DNA of 64,000 nucleotides from a virus. Within the stretch, counting starts at the first letter, position 1, and every line of letters starts with the position of its first letter. The notes under the pieces are model-generated. The model searched no databases. It saw nothing but the letters and a program-made list of their open reading frames with translations, and was not told the origin of the DNA. Made by a program: the position numbers and the translations under genes. Of the stretch, positions 47,863 to 57,438 are shown in pieces. The stretch is from positions 27,206-91,205 of the IMG/VR virus record IMGVR_UViG_3300020157_000001. One strand, 5' to 3'.

Positions 47863-48267
47863 TCAGCCTTCGACGCGCATCTTATTGGGTCGAGCCTGAT
47901 GACCGCCGCTGTTGAACGCACGCTCCCAGCCGCCCAACGACGAACCGACATCGCCACTCTGTGTACCGATAACGAAGTCGCTCAGAACTTCAGGAGCCTC
48001 AACCCATGCAGCCGAGCCGATGTGGGCGCGCTCACGCATGGTGACTTCTGCACGCTTGTAGTTCGACTCCACGATCTGATGATTGCGGCTGTCGCCTGCG
48101 GTGTCTTGGTATGCGCCAATGCCAAAGTCGCGAGGAACATCGGTCTCGGTAGCAACGCCTTCTTCAAAACGAAGAGGGCCACGGTTGCCGGGGATGTTTG
48201 GAGCCATGGTGCGCTCAAAGACATTAATGCCTTTTTCTGGTGCGCCATTCGATGGTGAAATTGCCAT
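47863..48267 (-). CDS. Hypothetical protein after terminase
   Basis: AGGAGG RBS; GPLRFEEGVATETDVP. Confidence 0.7.
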   Translation of the reverse strand: MAISPSNGAPEKGINVFERTMAPNIPGNRGPLRFEEGVATETDVPRDFGIGAYQDTAGDSRNHQIVESNYKRAEVTMRERAHIGSAAWVEAPEVLSDFVIGTQSGDVGSSLGGWERAFNSGGHQARPNKMRVEG

Positions 48268-48358
48268 GTGGATTCCTCCTAGAGGGTTTACTGTAGTATA
48301 AGAGTAGCACATATGAGCTTATATGAGGTGAAAACCTGTAGCCTCTGGATATATAAGA

Positions 48359-49912
48359 TCAGCGGAAGAACGGGTTATCTGATGCAGTTACAGTGGGCAT
48401 GGTGTCACGTATGGACATGGAGCACGCAATGGCTAAAGAATCGGGGTAGTCGTCAAAGGCACCCCTCTCGTCGGGGGCAGCAGCCAACATGTACGGACCT
48501 CGCTGCACCTTCTCAAGGTCGCTCATCTGCTGGTTGAACCTCTTCCAAGGTCGGGTGCGGCGAGCTTTACTATGGCCGGGTACCAACATCTGGTCTCGCT
48601 GAATCAACTGAGTCAAATGAGTCCATCGGTCGTTCTGAGTTTTCGCATCTGACGAAACAGACACGACCTCACATTGCGGGAGCAAAAGAGCTAAACGCTC
48701 GGCTACAGCACCGCCAACGCCTTGAGCATCGACCCCCACTCGGAGGATGTTGTATTGACGTAGGAAGTCAACGATCTCAAAGTACTGAGTCTCCCACTCC
48801 ACATTGTTGATCTCCAACCAGTTGAGTACTCGGTGCTCATAGAACCCAAAGCCGTCTGGATGATCCCAGTCAACCCAAACGGGGGTGACGATGGTGGAGT
48901 CGTTACTACGAGCAACGTCGATACCTACAACAATGGGGGTCTTCCACCAAGTCTTGACAAGTCCCATCGACGGGTCGTACATCCGCTCAAGGCGCTCATC
49001 CGACACGAACATGCCCTTCTCCAGAAGCCACTGGTTCGCATACGACATGCGGAACTCATCGGAGTCCTCACCGATACGAAGCTTCTCTTTGGCAATGTAC
49101 TTAGCGTAGTTAGGGTTGTATTTGGCTGCGATCTTCCAGTCATACTCATGGTGTGACTGGCGGTGGCCGCGGGCGCTGTTGATGTCTCGTCGCCTGTTGT
49201 ACTGGATAGCTGCGTAGAAGTATGACTTCTCTCGACGGGCGGTTCCACCAAGTACAAGGGTTCCGTTGTTCCACGCAAGCATGGGCTTGATGGAACGCTT
49301 AATCATGCCCTCGTCTGCTTCTTGGGCCTCGTCAATGAACGCAAAGTGATACGTCTTAGATTCAATCTTTGCCTTGGGGTTGCAGGTCTGCATACGGCAG
49401 AACGAACCGCTACGACGCAGGGAGATGATCTTTCCCTTACCTCGGCTACCTCCCGCATGAGCCTTATCGTCAATCTCTGGATCTAAGAGAAAGTCAACTG
49501 CGTGGTCACTCGTCAGCTTAGATACGACTCGTCCAAACACTGTATCTGCCTGATCTTCGGTGGGGGCGAACACGCCTACCATGAATCCCTGTTTGAACTT
49601 GCCTAACCATACGGGATAGACATCAGCCAAGCGAGGGAGAATAACCATCAGCCCAGCGATGACATTAGAGAGAATCTCGGACTTGCCGCTCTGACGAGTA
49701 GCGATGATAGTCTTCTCTTCACCATCACCAAGGACGATGCTTTCGATGATGTTGTACGCAATAGGTGCTTGATATGGAAAGAACTTAGTATCACAAAAGG
49801 TTTCAATGAATACAAGCAGCTTCTTGACAAGATCGTCTACAAATTCAGAACTAGTTTCATCTAGGGCTGACTTGTCTTCCTCGTCATCTACGTCAGAAGC
49901 AATAGTGCTCAT
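48359..49912 (-). CDS. Terminase large subunit
   Basis: Walker A TRQSGKS, Walker B FIDEAQ, RNase H-fold GIDVA and DDYPDS. Confidence 0.92.
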   Translation of the reverse strand: MSTIASDVDDEEDKSALDETSSEFVDDLVKKLLVFIETFCDTKFFPYQAPIAYNIIESIVLGDGEEKTIIATRQSGKSEILSNVIAGLMVILPRLADVYPVWLGKFKQGFMVGVFAPTEDQADTVFGRVVSKLTSDHAVDFLLDPEIDDKAHAGGSRGKGKIISLRRSGSFCRMQTCNPKAKIESKTYHFAFIDEAQEADEGMIKRSIKPMLAWNNGTLVLGGTARREKSYFYAAIQYNRRRDINSARGHRQSHHEYDWKIAAKYNPNYAKYIAKEKLRIGEDSDEFRMSYANQWLLEKGMFVSDERLERMYDPSMGLVKTWWKTPIVVGIDVARSNDSTIVTPVWVDWDHPDGFGFYEHRVLNWLEINNVEWETQYFEIVDFLRQYNILRVGVDAQGVGGAVAERLALLLPQCEVVSVSSDAKTQNDRWTHLTQLIQRDQMLVPGHSKARRTRPWKRFNQQMSDLEKVQRGPYMLAAAPDERGAFDDYPDSLAIACSMSIRDTMPTVTASDNPFFR

Positions 49913-50143
49913 CTATGCCCCTCTTGCCTGAAGTTCAGTCCATATAGCATAAAACGCATCAATGCACATTGTCACTTCTTCTGGGTCTCCTTTATGGAAG
50001 CGCCACCTGTCGGTAGCCACTCCAAGAGACATCGCTGTCGTATCCAACCATCCAAGAAGCATTGGTGTCTCAGTCTTGCTAGCCCTCCTCACCATTTGAG
50101 GGGAAACAATCCTCTTGATGGGCTTACGTCGAAACTTACCCAC
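49913..50143 (-). CDS. Hypothetical protein
   Basis: Abuts terminase; start uncertain. Confidence 0.55.
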   Translation of the reverse strand: MGKFRRKPIKRIVSPQMVRRASKTETPMLLGWLDTTAMSLGVATDRWRFHKGDPEEVTMCIDAFYAIWTELQARGA

Positions 50144-50498
50144 GCTTGGCGGCATCGTGGTATACGCCAGATTCATCGTAGTAACCAATTTCTCTGCCCT
50201 CAAGGACATTCATTACTCCGGTGAATTCATCGTCGGTTTGAACACCACTTCGGCAGATACCAAATTGGAATGTATGAGTACCAAAACGTACCTGAATACC
50301 ATGTCCCTGTTTCCACGGGGGGGAAAGTTGCCACGCTCGCGCCCTAAAGGATATGAAAGAACTACCGGGAACACCGTTATCTCGGGTAACCCAATACACG
50401 GGACCGAAGTATTGGAATAGGTTCATAGAACCACGAAAGACCATGTATGAGAGCAGGGCAGAATAGAGTGCTAAAAAAAGCATTACTACAGTAAACAT
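50136..50498 (-). CDS. Hypothetical protein
   Basis: ORF in operon; true start may be 50426. Confidence 0.55.
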   Translation of the reverse strand: MFTVVMLFLALYSALLSYMVFRGSMNLFQYFGPVYWVTRDNGVPGSSFISFRARAWQLSPPWKQGHGIQVRFGTHTFQFGICRSGVQTDDEFTGVMNVLEGREIGYYDESGVYHDAAKRG

Positions 50499-50909
50499 TT
50501 ATACTCCTGTGAACATGTCCATCTCTGAACTGGATGCTGGATAGTGAGAGGTGTAGTTTAAGGTTGAGTTGATGTATTTGCCCTTTGAGGGGGCGGCATC
50601 AAAAGCTTCAAATAGTGCTGGGTATACATCATCATACACCCAAGGTGTCTTGCCGTTCTGCCAAGTGATGTAAAGAGAATTAGAACTGTAGTCGTACATG
50701 TAGGCACGTACTCGGGAGGAATCTGGGTATTTCCATGGAGTAGTGAGTGGAGTAGCTGGCGGCTTGTTTTCACCGAACAGGCCACGACCGTAGTTCTGTG
50801 TCTGCTCAGGGTCGAACTGGTCAGTAAGCCTATCTTTTCCCCAACTACCAAGTCCAGACTGCTTAGCTGGCCCAGCCTGTTTCGGGGAACGGGGGTTACG
50901 AGTTACCAT
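50499..50909 (-). CDS. KTSC domain protein
   Basis: SSRVRAYMYD..L.I.W..YDDV..F..APSKGKYIN. Confidence 0.8.
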   Translation of the reverse strand: MVTRNPRSPKQAGPAKQSGLGSWGKDRLTDQFDPEQTQNYGRGLFGENKPPATPLTTPWKYPDSSRVRAYMYDYSSNSLYITWQNGKTPWVYDDVYPALFEAFDAAPSKGKYINSTLNYTSHYPASSSEMDMFTGV

Positions 50910-50923
50910 GTCCGCAGCTTACC

Positions 50924-51202
50924 CTAGTGGATTACTACTCGTTCTTGGGTTTTAGCTATTTGCTCCCGAGAACGTGCAATGTTTATGTCGGTAACCTGAG
51001 TGTGAGTAAGAGCCACATTCTTGGATGGGGTCACCTTAGTGCGTACCACAGCAGAGATAGCGGCAATCCACCCAGAGAGGGCTACCGAAATAGCTCCAAC
51101 TAGCTGGGGATCTACCTTGAAGTAGAGCAGGATAGCGATGGTGGACACTGCGGCAGAGTTGATCAATCCGCCAATAGCTACAGGTTCATTCGATACAGCC
51201 AT
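50924..51202 (-). CDS. Putative holin
   Basis: EPVAI start, two hydrophobic helices, VRTKVTP motif. Confidence 0.6.
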   Translation of the reverse strand: MAVSNEPVAIGGLINSAAVSTIAILLYFKVDPQLVGAISVALSGWIAAISAVVRTKVTPSKNVALTHTQVTDINIARSREQIAKTQERVVIH

Positions 51203-51215
51203 GCCATTCTCCTAT

Positions 51216-51509
51216 CTAAGTTTCTGGGGGATCTAACCCGTCTATGCGGTCTTCAAGTGCTTCAGTCCTATGTACTAGCTTATCTACAGCATCTCGGAGA
51301 GATGAACCACCGTTTGGCCGAAGTTCTTTCTCCACAAAGTCTACTGCCGCCATAATGCGATGTTGACGCTCTAAGAATCCCCGCACACCCCACACAAATG
51401 GCTTAACAGTATAACGATATATGATACCTATAGACACAAGTGTTGCTGATATCAGTATCAGTACGTTGGCAGGTTCTTGCCAAAAGATCGTAGAAAGAAG
51501 GGAAGACAT
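51216..51509 (-). CDS. Membrane protein, lysis-associated
   Basis: N-terminal TM helix; ELRPNGGSSLRDAVD motif common in actinophage lysis cassettes. Confidence 0.6.
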   Translation of the reverse strand: MSSLLSTIFWQEPANVLILISATLVSIGIIYRYTVKPFVWGVRGFLERQHRIMAAVDFVEKELRPNGGSSLRDAVDKLVHRTEALEDRIDGLDPPET

Positions 51510-51629
51510 AGCTATGGGCTACCTCCGAGAACGTGTACATGTACTCTTGTGTACACATGTCCCTATGCTACTACAGGCCAGAGGTTCTTCACTAAAAGAA
51601 TGTGACCAAAGTCATATCTACTTTAGATT

Positions 51630-53354
51630 TTATGCGTTGATAGTTACCCACTGAGATGTAGTGGGGTCGTAAGCCTTAGCGCGGTAGTCAACGCCCCAAG
51701 ATCCCCCATTCCACATCCTCTCATACTTAGGTGCCCACGCAGTGCCGTTCCATACCTTGGCTCGTAGTAGCAGTTCCAACTTAGCCACATTGAGTAAATA
51801 CAACGTACTAGTAGAAGAAATGCTAGAAACAAGTATAAGAGCGTAAGAGGTAACTACCGATAGAGGTATTGCTGTGGTTGATCTGTTTATAGGGGCCGTT
51901 ACGTTCCCAGTTGCCTTAAACGTAATAGCGTTAGGAGTAGCTACAGCAGCTACAACGGGGGCCTGAGCCGTAGATACTACGTATGCTGAAGTAGAAATGG
52001 CTGTAGCTAAACACGGTATGACGGAAGAGGAAGCTATACGGGAAGAGGAGACAACAGGAGAAATGGGGGAAGACAGGCATATCAAAGTGCTAGTTGAAAC
52101 GCTAGCCGTCGAACTTAAAGTAAGGGAATATGTAGTTACAGAGGAAGAAACAACGGGGGAAGTAATCGTTATTCCAGAAGTTACTGGGGTAGTAGATAGA
52201 GACGACGACGTTGAGATAGTAGAAGAAGTGACGCTAGCCGTAGTGCTCAACGCTGGCGTTACCGCTGAAGATGACGTTGAGATAGTAGGAGAAGTGACAC
52301 TGGCAGAAGTACTCAACGCTGGCGTTACCGCTGAAGATGACGTTGAAATTGTAGACGAAGTGACGCTAGCCGTAGTTTTTAGCGAAGGTGATATCGCTGA
52401 CGATGAAGTTGAAATTGTAGGAGAAGTGACGCTAGCTGTAGTGCTCAACGCTGGCGTTACCACCGATGATGTCGTTGAGATAGTGCTAGGGGTAATAGTC
52501 GTACTAACAGAACTAGAGAATGTTACGGATATAGAGGAACAAGTACTCAGCGAAGAGATAGTAGGAGAAGTGACGCTAGCTGTAGTGCTCAACGCTGGCG
52601 TTACCGCTGAGGATGACGTTGAAATAGTGGATGCCGGTACTGGTATAGCAGTACTCAACGCTGGCGTTACCGCTGAAGATGACGTTGAAATTGTAGACGA
52701 AGTGACGCTAGCCGTAGTGCTCAACGCTGGCGTTACCGCTGAGGATGACGTTGAAATTGTAGACGAAGTGACGCTAGCCGTAGTTTTTAGCGAAGGTGAT
52801 ATCGCTGAAGATGAAGTTGAAATCGTAGACGAAGTGACGCTGGCATAAGTACTCAGCGCTGGCGTTACCGCTGACGATGACGTTGAGATAGTAGAAGATG
52901 ATACGGACGCTGCTGACGATACAAGAGCCGTGGGAAGAGAAGACAGCGCCCCAATGGTTGAGACGTTGATCGTAGTGGTAGGTGCAGATGTCGTTGCTGG
53001 CAGTTCAAAGTCAGCCCAAGAAACTACTAGTTGCTTGGATGCTGCCCCAAAGAAGGTACCAGTTATCCATAGCTCAAGGGAAGTAGTCGAAGTTATAGCT
53101 GAGGATTCAGCGAGCGTTAGGTACCTAGTGAAGATTTGGAAGCTACTGGATACAACAGCGCTAAGGGTTGCACGTAAAACCCCTGACTCACGCAGTTCAG
53201 CGGTGAGTACACCTGCACCGTCCCCCCCTACTCCTTTAGCTCTTATGTTTATAAGCCCATAGAAGGGGGCGGAGGTACCATCGTTGAGTAGAAAGTCACT
53301 CCCATCCTGCTGAATAAGAGTATCTACTCCGTTTTGGAGCAGGAAGGATGACAC
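51630..53354 (-). CDS. Ser/Thr-rich repetitive virion fibre protein
   Basis: 22-aa repeats; C-terminal VWNGTAW/WNGGSW motifs; GAGGAG RBS. Confidence 0.75.
   Translation of the reverse strand: MSSFLLQNGVDTLIQQDGSDFLLNDGTSAPFYGLINIRAKGVGGDGAGVLTAELRESGVLRATLSAVVSSSFQIFTRYLTLAESSAITSTTSLELWITGTFFGAASKQLVVSWADFELPATTSAPTTTINVSTIGALSSLPTALVSSAASVSSSTISTSSSAVTPALSTYASVTSSTISTSSSAISPSLKTTASVTSSTISTSSSAVTPALSTTASVTSSTISTSSSAVTPALSTAIPVPASTISTSSSAVTPALSTTASVTSPTISSLSTCSSISVTFSSSVSTTITPSTISTTSSVVTPALSTTASVTSPTISTSSSAISPSLKTTASVTSSTISTSSSAVTPALSTSASVTSPTISTSSSAVTPALSTTASVTSSTISTSSSLSTTPVTSGITITSPVVSSSVTTYSLTLSSTASVSTSTLICLSSPISPVVSSSRIASSSVIPCLATAISTSAYVVSTAQAPVVAAVATPNAITFKATGNVTAPINRSTTAIPLSVVTSYALILVSSISSTSTLYLLNVAKLELLLRAKVWNGTAWAPKYERMWNGGSWGVDYRAKAYDPTTSQWVTINA
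52175..52910. repeat. About 11 tandem 66-bp coding repeats
   Basis: Unit ASVTSSTISTSSSAVTPALSTT, near-identical at DNA level. Confidence 0.9.
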
Positions 53355-53371
53355 AGTACTCCTCTAACTAA

Positions 53372-54019
53372 CTAAGTTGAAGAGGAAATGTTGCAGCCAA
53401 ATACCGTAAATCCACTACCTGCCTTCATCTGGCAACCACTACCTCCACCCTCATCAAACACAAGCATGGATACTCTATTCATAGTAAAGTACGCGTATCC
53501 TCCACCATTCCCAGAAAATGACATAATGTCGTTATAGGTAACATTACTCCAGTTGTACCAATGTGTGGTACTAGCAAAAGTTGGAAACTTGTAAGTGGCG
53601 GTTATATGCCTAGAAGTTACAGATTTTGGAGATGCACCTGCGCTTGGAGGACTCTTTATATACATAGTTCCGGCAGAAGGAGTACTTTGAATAAATCCAG
53701 CATTGGCTTGAATGAAGGGTTCACCTATTGCTGAGGAATCGTCAAGGATCACCGCCCATGGATAAGGGTAAAGCAGGTAGTCTTGCCACTGCTGGCCAGT
53801 GGTATAATGTGGCCTATAAGCATAATACATGTTTTGATCTGTGTTAAACGATTCAAGTCCTGAGGTAAAGAATAGTCTTCCACTAGGAACACTTCCAGTA
53901 AGACCTGTGCATTTCCAGCAAATCATAAGAAAATCTGTTGTAGGCCATTGCAGGGATAATGCCTGAGTATCAACATCTGCTTCTACAGTTCCTAAATTAA
54001 CCCAGTTTTTATAGTCCAA
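53372..54019 (-). CDS. Putative virion accessory protein
   Basis: Beta-rich, aromatic; ends GSGFTVFGCNI like its neighbour. Confidence 0.65.
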   Translation of the reverse strand: MDYKNWVNLGTVEADVDTQALSLQWPTTDFLMICWKCTGLTGSVPSGRLFFTSGLESFNTDQNMYYAYRPHYTTGQQWQDYLLYPYPWAVILDDSSAIGEPFIQANAGFIQSTPSAGTMYIKSPPSAGASPKSVTSRHITATYKFPTFASTTHWYNWSNVTYNDIMSFSGNGGGYAYFTMNRVSMLVFDEGGGSGCQMKAGSGFTVFGCNISSST

Positions 54020-54566
54020 TGTTACACCCCCATGCTATGAAGCCGGATTTAGCTTGTAGTAAAGATCCGTTAGCTGTGTAAAATTCAATAGAAGATATAT
54101 CAGAAGATGATTTGTAGTCTCCAGCTCCTAGTAACTCAATGCCAAGTGGGTTGGTATACGCAGAGTAGTTCATTGTGCTATTAGCTATAGTCATAAGGTT
54201 ATGACCAGTACTAGGCATCGTAGTTATATGTATTGATCCAGATTGACTAACGTATATACCTGATTGAAACGCTGATATACGAATACCTGAGGCGGAGGGG
54301 GATGTAAACTCAGTGGGGGCGAGTAGCATGTTAGATGAAGTGTATCCAATTACGTGATTTGCGTAACTAGCACCAGTTTCTCCGTTAAACCTGACAAGTA
54401 TGTCGTCATTACCGCCTGAACCATCGTCTACTCCTGTAAAACTGTAGTAGAGATGGATGAAATCTACGGAGCTTATATATACAGGACCTGTGGATATGGC
54501 GGGGCCTTGCAGATACGTTTTTCCTAACTCAAACCAGTTTAAGGAACCTAAAGCCATGTTATCTCT
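54009..54566 (-). CDS. Putative virion accessory protein, distant paralog of 53372-54019
   Basis: W.ELG start, VRFNGETGASY, ISSIEF, SGFIAWGCNI end; start approximate. Confidence 0.65.
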   Translation of the reverse strand, partial: RDNMALGSLNWFELGKTYLQGPAISTGPVYISSVDFIHLYYSFTGVDDGSGGNDDILVRFNGETGASYANHVIGYTSSNMLLAPTEFTSPSASGIRISAFQSGIYVSQSGSIHITTMPSTGHNLMTIANSTMNYSAYTNPLGIELLGAGDYKSSSDISSIEFYTANGSLLQAKSGFIAWGCNIGL

Positions 54567-55362
54567 CCCACCATCCAACTTCTAGGTCTAGAGTAGACGG
54601 TGTAAGAACAGTACTGTTACACCAAATATGAAATGCCATAAACTGACCGGGACCAAGAATAAGTGGACCTGTCGATGCAGCGTACTGACCAGCTAGAGAT
54701 GCTGAGTACGATTGACCTTCACTTTTATGGTCACCAAAATCTAAGGTATATACATCACCTAAAACATATGGAGAAAGAGTTGCCGTTCCAGCATCCTTAA
54801 ACTTACCACGTGCATGAATATTTAGCTTTGATCCTGAGAACCCTCCTAGCGTTAGCAGGTTTCCAGAAGTAGCCGAGGTAGCGGTAGACGAATATACTTT
54901 TGCAATGGGAGATGTAGTAACTACGGAGTTAGTAGAGTATGTAATTAGGGCAGTAGCACCGGCAGATGCTGACCCAAACCTATCGTATGGGTTGGTAGTG
55001 ACTGCGTAAAGAACTTTGGCACCAGCTAGTGCTGAGTTGGAGGAAGTCATGGCTACGCGGATATAGTCTATGGATATGTTATGCATCGGATTACCGCTTG
55101 AATTAACAATAGCCATAGTAGCTGAGGAATCATTAAGTTTTGAGTCAGCGGCAGCTATCGAAGCAATATGAGATCCAAATGATGCGTTTCCTGCTGGGGT
55201 ACTTGCCTTAAAGTATGCCCCTTCGTCTGATATGCAACTATGGTTATCAAGCAACTGAATAGTCTTAAGTTCACCTCTATGCGTAAGAGATAAGTTTAAG
55301 TTAGAAGTATCGGATGCTGACGTTGGCTTGTCTCTGCTTGTAAGACCTAAGAATTTTGGCAT
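54559..55362 (-). CDS. WWER paralog 3, putative virion protein
   Basis: DEGAYFKA, IDYIR, DFGDH, EVGWWER. Confidence 0.75.
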   Translation of the reverse strand: MPKFLGLTSRDKPTSASDTSNLNLSLTHRGELKTIQLLDNHSCISDEGAYFKASTPAGNASFGSHIASIAAADSKLNDSSATMAIVNSSGNPMHNISIDYIRVAMTSSNSALAGAKVLYAVTTNPYDRFGSASAGATALITYSTNSVVTTSPIAKVYSSTATSATSGNLLTLGGFSGSKLNIHARGKFKDAGTATLSPYVLGDVYTLDFGDHKSEGQSYSASLAGQYAASTGPLILGPGQFMAFHIWCNSTVLTPSTLDLEVGWWER

Positions 55363-56226
55363 TTATCTCTCCCACCATGCTATTTCATATTCCATATGAA
55401 CGGGGTTGGACACTGCTCCATAGCCGGGATACCATAAATAAAATAGAAAAGAACTACCACCAGCTATAACTACGGGTCCAGAAGATGCTGGGACTGACTT
55501 AGACGTGCCGGATACGAAGGCAGTTGACGATGCGATATGATCTCCAAAATCCACAGTGTACATATCCCCAGCAGTTGGTATACCGACTGTTGAGGAGTTA
55601 GTTGAAGCTGCCGATCTAAACATATGACGGAATACAGTTCGATAGCTAGCAGATGTGGAGGCAGATATCCTATTAGAGTTAGCTAAGGTTAACGTGGTAA
55701 CACCATTACCAAACCATAAGGACGTATTAGAGGCTAGTTGGTTATTTACGTTCGCATTAAATGGGGAAGATACCAAGCCACCTGATCTGTATGCATTAGT
55801 TGGATCAAGCCAAGCAACGCATTGAACTCCTGTAGCAGTTGATGCTCCTGTCGTATTAGTGGATACAGAACTATTAGAAGAACTATTAGAAACTACCCCT
55901 ATGCGTATATAGTCCAAAAATATCCTTTTACCACCTACTGGGCTGTTGTTGTACATCATAAACACGGGACTAGCAGGAGTAAATGAGGATGTGGTAGTTG
56001 TATAAACCCCTGTAACTGAGGTAAAGGAGGGGGCGGTTCCTGCGGAAGCAGTGAATCCGTATGTAGCTTTGAAGTAGCTTCCTTCATCTGCTAATGCATT
56101 ATGAGAGTCCCCTAATTGAATTGTGTAAGTATCACCTAAATGCGATACACGTTGCTGTAGTTGCAGGTACTCAACGCTAGCGGACGTTGGCTTAGTCCGT
56201 AACACACGACCATATACTCTTGGCAT
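55363..56226 (-). CDS. WWER paralog 2, putative virion protein
   Basis: DEGSYFKA, LDYIR, DFGDH, EIAWWER. Confidence 0.75.
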   Translation of the reverse strand: MPRVYGRVLRTKPTSASVEYLQLQQRVSHLGDTYTIQLGDSHNALADEGSYFKATYGFTASAGTAPSFTSVTGVYTTTTSSFTPASPVFMMYNNSPVGGKRIFLDYIRIGVVSNSSSNSSVSTNTTGASTATGVQCVAWLDPTNAYRSGGLVSSPFNANVNNQLASNTSLWFGNGVTTLTLANSNRISASTSASYRTVFRHMFRSAASTNSSTVGIPTAGDMYTVDFGDHIASSTAFVSGTSKSVPASSGPVVIAGGSSFLFYLWYPGYGAVSNPVHMEYEIAWWER

Positions 56227-56985
56227 CTATCGTTCCCACCAACCTATTTCGTATTCAAAGGAGGGAGCAGCAGCAGCAGGATACCATAAGTAAAAAAGGA
56301 GGGAGTGGCCGGGACCGATAACTGCTGGTCCTACGGAAAGAGCGTAGGCTCCAGCGGAAGATCCAGTAAGCGATCCAGATCCAGCAGAGTGCTCCCCAAA
56401 ATCCATAGCATAGATATCCCCTTGGACTAGTGGAGACGTTAAAGTAGCTTGAGTCTTAAAAGGACTACGAACTATTTGCTTAGGGTTACCAGTGGAGCTA
56501 CATACAAGTCCGCCTCCTAGTAAAAAAGTAGAAACCGTACTAACGGAAGATGCCGAATTAACATTGAATACGTTTCCTGCCGACCCACCTGATGTATACC
56601 TACTGGTAACAGTATTATCATCTAGAACTACTGCACATTGAATAGATTGACTGGCAGCGGAAGCTCCAGTAGCAGAGGCTACGAACAAGCGCACGTAGTC
56701 AAGAAACACCCTCTTACCAGTAGCTGCTCCTGACGCATTTGTAAGAATAAACACTGGGGAAGCCGCTGTATACGTAGAGACTGATGCTGCCAAGACACCA
56801 GATCCAAAGGTGGAACTGGCGTTGGTAGCCTTGAAGTAGCTTCCTTCATCGGCAAGTGAACTGTGGTTATCACCGAGTTGTGTTGTGACAAGATCACCGT
56901 AACCAGTGACTCTCTGCTGAACTTGAGTGTTGTCGGAGTTAATGATTGGGAGTGCTCTAGATACTTTTCCAAAGATTTGTGGCAT
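56227..56985 (-). CDS. WWER paralog 1, putative virion protein
   Basis: DEGSYFKA, LDYVR, DFGEH, EIGWWER. Confidence 0.75.
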   Translation of the reverse strand: MPQIFGKVSRALPIINSDNTQVQQRVTGYGDLVTTQLGDNHSSLADEGSYFKATNASSTFGSGVLAASVSTYTAASPVFILTNASGAATGKRVFLDYVRLFVASATGASAASQSIQCAVVLDDNTVTSRYTSGGSAGNVFNVNSASSVSTVSTFLLGGGLVCSSTGNPKQIVRSPFKTQATLTSPLVQGDIYAMDFGEHSAGSGSLTGSSAGAYALSVGPAVIGPGHSLLFYLWYPAAAAPSFEYEIGWWER

Positions 56986-56988
56986 TGT

Positions 56989-57405
56989 CTATCCGATCAG
57001 GTAACAAAGGACGATGGTTTCGGTTGGATTGGATTCAGTGGGGTCGCCCATACCCCAGTCAAGACACGCAATATCAACGTCAAATCCGGTACTAGCAATT
57101 ATGTTGCACACATTAGCTATGTACATATAGCCCAAGTTGTCAGAATCTAATGAAGTAGAGGGGCGCTGGACACTAACAACTATCTTAGAATCTGAGGCAA
57201 CGGTAACGTCTGGAACATTAAACCTAACGTAGGGATCGCCTGTGAAGGTGTACGAGTAAGTACCAATCATGGATTTACGGAGATTAGCTACCGTAACTTT
57301 GTTGTCCGCTGGGGTACTACCGGGAGTTACCACGACTGGGAGAACGGCATCAAATGCTACGGAAGTAGCTTCGGTTAAGGCTTGAATCTTCTGACTAGCC
57401 ACCAA
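56989..57405 (-). CDS. Fibre adaptor-like protein
   Basis: N-terminal QKIQAL..D..LPVV..KVTVANL, a recurrent phage fibre N-terminal motif. Confidence 0.6.
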   Translation of the reverse strand: MVASQKIQALTEATSVAFDAVLPVVVTPGSTPADNKVTVANLRKSMIGTYSYTFTGDPYVRFNVPDVTVASDSKIVVSVQRPSTSLDSDNLGYMYIANVCNIIASTGFDVDIACLDWGMGDPTESNPTETIVLCYLIG

Positions 57406-57438
57406 CTACCTCTCTCTCGTATAAGTATCCATATCCTA

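Noticed and set aside
51997-52848. 283-aa acidic repeat ORF on plus strand
   Set aside because: Shadow of the S/T-rich repeat gene; no RBS, and one repeat copy introduces a stop in this frame
52175-52910. Repeat array as CRISPR
   Set aside because: Contiguous in-frame coding repeats without unique spacers
57400-57438. Remnant duplication at the cassette boundary (off-frame YGYLYEREVVGG versus YGLINIRAKGVGG)
   Set aside because: Similarity too short and weak to support; no clear target-site repeat
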